Both the position numbers and the translations under genes were made by a program. A stretch of 61,532 bases of DNA, filler included, from Sphacelaria rigidula (taxonomy: Eukaryota), in assembly GCA_964200075.2 (NCBI GenBank). It is 8 parts of 8 records of this genome, joined end to end, with 100 filler letters (N's around TTAATTAATTAA, not from the genome) between each part and the next. Parts side by side here need not be neighbours in the genome. Positions count along the whole stretch, not along the records: positions 46,225 to 53,828 come from CAXNAA020014133.1; positions 53,929 to 61,532 come from CAXNAA020014134.1; 6 more parts are not named here. One strand, 5' to 3'. Positions 53,431 through 61,532 of this stretch are shown here, in pieces. Positions within the stretch are counted from its first letter, which is position 1. Each line of letters starts with the position of its first letter. The notes beneath the pieces were generated by a model that did not search any database, was not told the origin of the DNA, and saw only the letters and a list, made by a program, of their open reading frames with translations.

Positions 53431-55291
53431 GCATCCCTACGCCGGGCTCTCACCGAACGAGGCTCGCACTCAGTCACTAAGCGCGCAGCACCGTGATATG
53501 TTCGGCGAGTCGCATGAAGGGTGAGCTGCATGCTGCTAAGATGGTTCGGCCCGAAGCTGCTGATTATCTTACTTTTTGAATGTCAGTTTACTATGAGTTG
53601 CTTCATTTTCTGGTATTGCCAATTCCAGAGACCGCCACGGCTTTTACACTGCCTTGTGGGTGCCTCACCATATGGACTCTACGTATAATAGTACAATCAG
53701 CCCCTTTGCGCAGAGTTGAGGTTCTTCACACCTGGGGGGGGGGGGGGGGGGGTGTACTCATGATCATGCATGCCGGGGGGGGGGGGCATACTCTTGTGTT
53801 GTTTGGGGTAGTGTTTTAACCATTGACCNNNNNNNNNNNNNNNNNNNNNNNNNNNNNNNNNNNNNNNNNNNNTTAATTAATTAANNNNNNNNNNNNNNNN
53901 NNNNNNNNNNNNNNNNNNNNNNNNNNNNGCCCGGCGGCGGGGGGGGCGGGGCGCCGGATGGGGGGGGGGGGGGGGGGGGGCAGGCGGAGGGGGGGGGGGG
54001 GGGGGGGGGGATTGTCCAGGCCCGATCTGGGCTTCATCTTCCTCCGCTGACTTGCTACAGCCCAGGACAGCATTGAGAATACTCTCACAAGCATCATGTC
54101 ATCATGAAGCAAGCTCACGGTATACCTTCGACAGGGGGTGGTGCTATAGCACACGGGATCGCACACGCAAGAGAGATGAACGTTCACTGTAGCTATCTGA
54201 TGTCCCGTGTGTAGAGTCCTTGGTCGCCTTCGCCATTGCAACTTTCTGACGCAGTACCGACTGCACCTTTACCGCAAGGTGCGCCAACCGTGGCCAGCCG
54301 GTGGGCATCGCGGTGGTGCTGTCTGTACGGCACCGATCAACACGAGCCATCCAATACGAAAGCACGACGACCAACAATAGGGAGCCAGCAGCATTGATGC
54401 TGATATGGCTTTTTCTCGTGGTTGTGCCGCCCGGGCAGCATGATACAACGCAGAACGGCGTCAACAGCACTATCGTATTTAATAGCCCCGTGTTCAAAGC
54501 CAACCGTGTAGGATACAGGAGCAAGCTAAGCGCAACTTAATGGAGAATGCAACGCCAACCCCGGTCACCTCAACCATACCGCAGGCACCACGATACTTAT
54601 AGCGGACGCTGGGTGCACCAACCCGTATACACCGAAAGACAGAGCAACGCTTGTGAGGCTGTTGTTGTCATATATATATATATATATATATCATCTGTCC
54701 GCAGCACGGTACTGTACTACGGCTGCGGGCTGCAGAAGGCCGGCAAACACAAGTCTGACGGAGCCCACACTAAAATCAAGTTTGCGTCGTATAATGCCTT
54801 ACATAATGTAGAGAGACTGGTCAAATGTTTGGATTAAATTACCTAAATTCAGTGGATGCGTTGACTAATTTGACTCGTACCCATAGAAAAACAGCTGTTT
54901 CGCCATCTTTAAACCTTATAGCCGATGTGGGGTTTCATTCTATCGCATCAGCCCTTTTTTCACACCCGCGGTCGAAAGAAGGTTTTCGAAAAACCATGCA
55001 CGACGAGGCGCAAAAGTGGAGACATCCAACGCTGGATTCAAGACGCAATGGATGTCTGCGTGGCGGTTGAAACTCGCACACATGCGCATGCCTGATCGGA
55101 ATAGCCCTCATGGACACATCGGTTGCTAATTTCCAAGCTTTCGTCGTGCAGGCAACACAACACGCAGGCCCCTAGTTGCGATTGTTTTTCAATGAGCTTG
55201 TCAGCCAGAGCTGTGCTTGCGCCACCTTCAAGAACGATGCAGTCGCTTCTCTTCACCGAGCAAACGTTTCGACAGCACCACTGAAACCTAC

Positions 55292-57168
55292 CTGCCCCGG
55301 AGCTGCTGACGACGGGGCAAGTAAAACTCGGCAGCGCTCCAGAAGCGTGCGGGTGCGCAGGTCCAAATCTTGGAACGCATCACGCTCGGCGTCTCCACCT
55401 CCCTCCGACGCCGCAGTTTCGCTGTGTGATGGTGTACAATCACCTTCATTGCGGCCAGTGCCTGGATCAGCATGAGACTGAAGGGGTTCTGCTCCTTTTG
55501 GCTTCACTTCGAGCACTGTCTTGCCAGGCGTGTCGTCACCTCCGTCAGACGGTGGTGGGCGAAGGAGTTCGGGTGAACGTGGCGATGGCGGGGGCTCCGT
55601 CCCTGATGAGCCGTATTCGATATCGTCATCGTCCTCACGGCTGTAAAATCTCCCCTCGAAAGCCGATCTCGGCTGCACGTCTCGATGCCCATCTTCCTCG
55701 TTCCTACTATCCCAGGACATGCGTGCCTCGTCTAGGCCCTCCAGTTCATCACTTGAGACAGGTTCTTCAGTAGATTTTGTCCACCTGCCATCCACAGAAG
55801 TTTTGGTAAAACACAGCTCCGTCAACTTCTGAGCAAGAAATGCCGGGATAGCACCCCCTGGAGGCAAGTTTCGACCTCGATTCCTCGATGTGGGAGGCAT
55901 GCAAGTAAGTCTGTAAGCATTCATTTGGCCCGTAATTTTTCGACACGCTTTTCGGCAACGTCGGAAATTTTGAATTTTTCGGTATTTTCGGACTCTGCGT
56001 TCAGACTTCTCCGGAAACGAAGCGGCTTGATTCTTTCTTCGAAGCTTCATTTTCGCTGACGTTCGATATATTTGGACTGCATCGCAGCACTTCGGACAGC
56101 TGTCCTAACAATGTTTTCGTGAGATTGAGAGCAGAGAATACAATTGAGAGCGAGAAGCGGTCAATTGGTAAATTAATCGTTTCAGTTCCGACATGCCCCT
56201 CCCCGATGCCCGATATGCTGTCTGCATTGGCTCGCCACTGAGGCCCTCGATATCCCTGAGGCTCCGTCTTAGCATATGGGTTTTCGATCGAAAAAGTGCG
56301 GTGGAGGACAAAAATCCCGATCTGATAGGCCGTAATTTCAACCATCTTCGAAAAGTCTCAAGATTATTGAAATCACACCTATCAGATCAGGATTTTTGTT
56401 TTCCACCGCACTTTTTCGATCGAAAACTCACACGCTAAGACAGGCCCTGAGTAGGGTATCGACGTGTAGCTGTAAGCACATGCCAGTGATGGAGCCAAAG
56501 AAAAGCACACACGCAATAAAAAAATGGGCAAGTTAAAGCGAATGATAGAACTGGCTCTCAATCAACGCTCTACTCTCAGTCTCACGACAACATTGTTTCT
56601 TGTGTGTACGCCCAAGAGTCAGTCATCAGGTACCTTGCTAGTCCCAGAAATTTCGGAGATCTTCGAAAAAACAGCGTCGGTGAAAATGGGCCCTGACAGT
56701 TTCTCCACAGATATCAACAAGGTTTTTCAATGATAGCATGGAGGGAACAGCGTGAGTTCCATAAATTTCGATAAAACAGGTGGAGAATCATGTTGGCGCC
56801 CTGCGGGACGCGCGCACAGGGGGTGGTATACCACGTCAGAGGAGCGGGCTCCGAGCTTGTGGTACAGCCGACTGTCGCTGCTGGTGTATTTCGTGGACAG
56901 AATTATGTAAAGACAACGAGACCGACGAATTTTTCAGAAACAGCCCGGCAATACATCACATCATAAAAACCCGGCAGTACAAGGGAGTACGATACGTACA
57001 GTTTGACGCTACTGAGCCGTTGCATTTGTATTTCAAAGCACTATCATCATACCAAAATTGCTCGTTCATTGCAGCTCGATCTCGATGTCGATGGCCTGGA
57101 GAGGCGGGTCGTGCCTCGCGAAACCGTTGTATGAACCTGGCAACTGTCGATGACTGCTCGCCTTCCAT
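55292..57168 (-). CDS. PROSER3-like protein, first two exons 57053-57168 and 55292-55784; 3' exons unresolved
   Basis: MEGEQSSTVARFIQRFREARPASP...EQFW|WTKS, where the phase-2 join recreates FWW. Later FQDLDLRTRTLLERC. These resemble PROSER3-family motifs from memory (V.akyi.RFR...P.S..R..FWW; L..Ra..LL). Confidence 0.6.
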
Positions 57169-57477
57169 GGTGCCCATTCAGCCCTTGGTATTCGGCAGTC
57201 GGACAGGAGGCAGGCGGAACGATGCTTGTTGAGGTGGCGTTTTTCAGATTTCAAATACTGCCTGATCCGTCAAATTAGAAATCCGTCAATGAGATCCCTC
57301 ACGAGCGAATCCGATAGTTGTAAGATCGTAAGATCCTCTGCACTCTCTGCGGATTAGAGAAGGCACGCCTAACTCCGTGCCGCACCTGGCGCGTGCCGTA
57401 TCAGGGTATGATCATCCATCTGAAGATATATTGAGCAAGACTAGGCACCTTCGCTGATCGCGCAAGAGGAGCTTGAC
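57169..57477. promoter_or_regulatory. Putative bidirectional promoter and 5' UTRs between divergent genes
   Basis: Only 309 bp separate the ATG at 57168 (minus) from the ATG at 57478 (plus). Confidence 0.55.
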
Positions 57478-60400
57478 ATGGGGCAAGCAGTCGGAAAAGC
57501 GCCCCTAGCATCGCCAGCGGTTGCACACTTCGCCAATCGTGAGTACGCGCAGCTGCACATCGTCCTCCCGCATAGAAGAAGAACGAACTGTCTTGGCACG
57601 TCCCGCGGCCAAGTCCGTGACTCCTCATACTGCTTCTCCCACACCCAGGGGTAGTAAGTAGCCTTGTGTATACTGCCCACAATCGGGCCCCATTAACACC
57701 CATAACTGCACTGCACTGCACTGAAGTGTAATGTTGTACTGACTGCACCGTACTGTAGAGCAGCGCGGTGTAATGCAGGGTAATGCAGTGTGTACTGGAC
57801 TGCACTGGACGGCACTGGACTGCACTGGACTGCACTTAAGTACCCTGCACTGCACTGCACTGTACCGCACTGCACTGCATTGCACTGCGCTGTACTGTAC
57901 TGCACTGTACTGTACGGTACTGTACGGTGCGATACTGTCCTCTCCCGAGTACTGTACTACATTGCTTCGTCAGAACTATCTGAGGGCGATGTGAGCTTTT
58001 CTACGACATCTACACGGGAAGCTCAGCAAGCTTTCCGGGTCTTTTATGCGTACCATCAGTTCAACTACGACGAAGCCTAAACGCCACGTCACCGAAGTAC
58101 CGCGGTTTGGAATACAAATGGATCTTATAGCAACCGTTTTCAGGACTTTTCCCCCGTTAGATCCCCGAGCTGATTGCACTTACGATGGTCTGAAACATGT
58201 GGAGATTGGGTGGAGATTAGCGGGGGAATTCGTAATTTTCAGAATAATATAAAGGGCGCTGATTGGTCAAGGTACTTTTTCGCTCTTAGCACCATCACGG
58301 GAGCCTTGAACGAAATCCGGATGTCACTCTTTTTGTTAGTTCAGTGTAGTCAATATGATAATACTATTTATACGACACAATTTTGCGTTATAGGCGTGAA
58401 CTAATCGGTCTGCCTCGTTTCGCCACCATTGCCCGGCAGTCCCGCGAGCATGTATACTTGATCTTTGGGAATCATTCAACGATGTGGCGGAAGGATTCGG
58501 CCTTACGAAGATCGAGTTCAGAGAAATGCTTCAATGCTCGCTCAAGGAATACTTGGGCTTCGGCGAAAAACGGCTTGTGGAGGTGGCAGACTCTGTGTTC
58601 AATGTGTTTGACGACGACAAGGTGACATAAACAGGACAGATAGCATAGCGCAATAGGGTACAGCAGCTGGGTACACATGGGGACATCATAGACAGAAAGG
58701 GGGGGAAATGCCCAACCCCATCTCGAACCCTCTCACAAGTTGGTAAGCGTTGGGTACGAGAGCAGTGAAACAACCACGGTTTAAAGTAAAATTTCGTGGG
58801 GGAGGGGTTAGTGACATCACGATAGAGGTTGTGCGAGAAAATAACGCATCTGTAGAGACGTCAGTGCGTGTGCACTGGAATATTCAACACTTGGTCTCCG
58901 TCTCCAAAAAACCTCATGGGTACTGCTTGGTCTATCTTTTCCCGGAATCTTCGGAGATCTAGGAGAAATGTTTTCTCTGGAAAATGTGAGGGTAGATTCA
59001 ATACCTCTGGCCGTTTCTTACGCCTTTTTTCTGTTGCTGTTGGATTTCTCAGTTTCGGAACATTTTACCCGGTTTTTGGCCCTCAAGCAGGCAATATCGC
59101 CGTCACATGTCTTGGACACTTTGCGCCACCCCACCGAGAAGAGTCTAGCACACTTTTCCGATTCGCTTGACTCCGAGGTTTCAAGAAAGTCCTCTGAAAA
59201 AAGTCCAACGGGATATGAAAAACACTGTGTCCGCAGGATGCTGTAGATATTTTTCATTTCTCCGGGATTGTGCTGGTATTTTCTCTTCTAGTTGGTTCTA
59301 GTTAAGGGGCCATTCTCAAAACCTCGAAACCAAGCGAATCGGAAGATTGGACTAGATTCTTCTTGATGGGGTGATGCAGAGTGTCTGAGACATGTGTTGG
59401 TAATATTCCTTACTTGGGGGCCAAGAGGTGGATTACATGTCCCAAAATTGAAGAATCCAACGAAAAAAAATAAGAACCGCTCTGACGACAGGTTTCGTCG
59501 AAACTCTATCAGGTTTCTTCGAAACACTATCGTCGACAGTTTTTGGCGGAAATATGTTTGAGAATAAATTGATAAATCATGATTTCGGGGAGTGCAAAGA
59601 AAAAAGGGAAAAAGTGTCCTGGTGGTAAGGGCCCTAAACCCAGTCTCCCTCCACCTCTGAACTTCAGGTAAGAAGTACACTGCATGTTGATGCAAATACC
59701 GCCACTCTGTGCTCGAGTGATTTACACGGTCCCCAAACATTATGTGAGACCTCCAGTTGAGCTGGTGGCATCATTGTTGGCGCTAGACACCAAAAAATGA
59801 AGGTGTTGCAGTCGTGCCAAGCTGGGTTTGAACCTCAGCCATACCGACGTAGTCCTGTTCAGGTCTGAACCTAACCCGAAGACCCAGAGTGTAGAGACCT
59901 TGTTCCTCTGTTATATTTTGTTGCGTGTGGTAGTGCTATTATTCACTGCTGTTCGGGAAGGCATTCTTCACACCAAGCGAAGAGCCTCATATCGCGAGTA
60001 AATGGCCGACGGCGTCATTTGTTGTTGTGGGTAGATACAGACTGTTCGAATGACGGAAGTGGCTGTAGTGACTCAAGGCGACGGAATAAAAAGAGTCAGA
60101 GGCAGCAGTCGAAACACGGTGTCCCTCGGTGTCACAGCACCTCTCTGTGGATCGCGTCGCCTGTAAATCATTGCGGCGGCAGATGGATTAGTGTCTCCTT
60201 CGTATGTGGGTTCGCGGTGGTTTCCAATTCAACATGTCCGGATACGAGTATGAAGAAATGACGCGAGGGTCCCCGTGGCACCCCCAATCTCTCGTTCCAT
60301 AGACGAGCATTTGATTCTTGAACTAGTGAGTGCTCACTGGTTCAGAGGCCACATGTGCGCTTCTCGAACAGCCCGTAGACTGAACACCATACGAGTCCCC

Positions 60401-61252
60401 CCCCCACCAACCCCCCGCCCCTGCCGGGAGGGAAAACGTCAATAACCTCTGACCACAAATATTTCCAAGATATACAACACGCCGGTGTTTCATCGGTGTA
60501 TGTCTTGTGCTTCTTGTGCATATATCTTCGCACACCCCTGCTTCCGTCGCTTGATAGATATAATTGTAACAGGTACTATGAGTTAACCCTGTAGCTACCT
60601 TGCCCAAACAACGACCTTGAAGAGTCAAAGATACACTCGCATGGTGTGGGAGAACGGGTTAACACCACCCGTCGATGCGGTACGGTATGATTATCGGCCT
60701 GCCTTGGTTGTGGCCAGGGTTGGAGTAGGGGCAAGTCAGCATTTTGTGGGCACACCCTGTGCGAAGATTTTAACATGAAGAGTTCACCCCAGACAGTAAT
60801 CAGTTGCCTGTCGATGAGACTTGAAACTGCGGAACTGGCCCACTCAACTCCCGCCACTACGTTTCACGCTCCGAGTAATCCTTCGAACTATCATACTGTC
60901 GAGTTTCCATTTGCTCGAAGCGGATGGGGTTTTCGAGTCGGTGGACATATTCATATCCAGATTTTTCGACGGCGGGGAATTTAAACCATGTCCCTCACGC
61001 GCGTGTGTGCACCGTTCTCAACAATAACAGATATAGAGTAGTGCACAAAATTAGCAAGAGCTCCCTGAATAACGGTACGATCAATTCCCACCTCGGACGG
61101 CAACGGCCTCCTCGATCTCCTACCGCGTCCTTAACCGCCCGCCACCTCCTTAACCTTCGGCAATGGTGCCTGCAGAACGAACTTATCGATGCTCTTGAGT
61201 GCTTGGCTTCACTGGCGATCATGTCCGGGATGAGCTTGGAGGAAAAGCTGAG
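57478..61252 (+). CDS. EF-hand protein with an NCS/calcineurin-B-like N-terminus and putative N-myristoylation. Exons 57478-57538, 58440-58621, 61176-61252; 3' partial.
   Basis: Phases 1 and 0 match: MGQAVGKAPLASPAVAHFAN|LPRACILDLWESFNDVAEGFGLTKIEFREML...VFNVFDDDK|NELIDALECLASLAIMSGMSLEEKL. The EF loop DDDKNELIDALE is rebuilt across the intron. Confidence 0.85.
57705..57925. repeat. Degenerate pentanucleotide satellite (CTGCA/CTGTA/CTGGA)n in intron 1 of the EF-hand gene
   Basis: Reiterated actgc/actgt units. Confidence 0.9.
59010..59480. repeat. Long imperfect inverted repeat (arms ~59010-59195 and ~59305-59480), intronic
   Basis: For example, ttccgattcgcttgactccgaggtttcaagaa pairs with ttctcaaaacctcgaaaccaagcgaatcggaa, and ttggccctcaag pairs with cttgggggccaa. 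Confidence 0.7.
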
Positions 61253-61532
61253 GTGAGAGCCACTGTATGGCTGTGCATTGGTATATGTTTTTTGTTGTTG
61301 TTGCTATTTATATTATTTACTCCGGAGTATTATTTTTTTATTTGTCGCACTTTGAACTCCCTTCCCCCCCTGATTAGGAATGTTGAAGGTGGCTCTATTA
61401 GGTGTAGGAACGGTGCTCCGTCTTGAAAGGGATGGGTGGTCAATGGTCAACCGACTAAGGCAAGCAACAAATGAGTACACGCCCCCCCCCCCCCCCCCCG
61501 CTCCCCCCCCCGGTTTCTTTGCGCCTCCCCCC

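Noticed and set aside
59815..59850. tRNA-like B-box (GGTTCAAACCC on the minus strand; similar at ~22655)
   Set aside because: No cloverleaf could be built. At most these are decayed SINE heads.

Overview
This window is not one locus. It is eight unrelated eukaryotic contigs of exactly 7604 bp each (1-7604, 7705-15308, 15409-23012, 23113-30716, 30817-38420, 38521-46124, 46225-53828, 53929-61532). They are joined by identical 100-bp artificial linkers (N44-TTAATTAATTAA-N44). Short exons in long repeat-rich introns, CAG acceptors, a GC donor, polyQ-rich proteins and the protein motifs suggest a brown alga or related stramenopile (inference). Most ORFs in the supplied track are spurious. The real genes are spliced and were reconstructed by hand using splice signals and phase matching. 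They are: the 3' end of a coiled-coil protein ending in a CaaX box; a complete 3-exon gene with two WW-like domains; a PDZ-like domain interrupted by a ~125-aa insert; SRP14 with an anomalous second exon; the last exon of a mitochondrial mL49/Img2-like protein; a polyQ terminal exon; a 2.9-kb exon with a leucine zipper; four exons of an RBM25-like splicing factor; and a head-to-head pair made of a PROSER3-like gene and a putatively N-myristoylated EF-hand gene. Mobile DNA includes a decayed Ty1/copia element with PPT and short 3' LTR, two adjacent non-autonomous hAT insertions with 8-bp TSDs, TA-flanked TIR elements, LINE 3' ends and several dispersed repeat families. I found no convincing new multi-gene system. 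The best leads are gene-architecture oddities and transposon structures.
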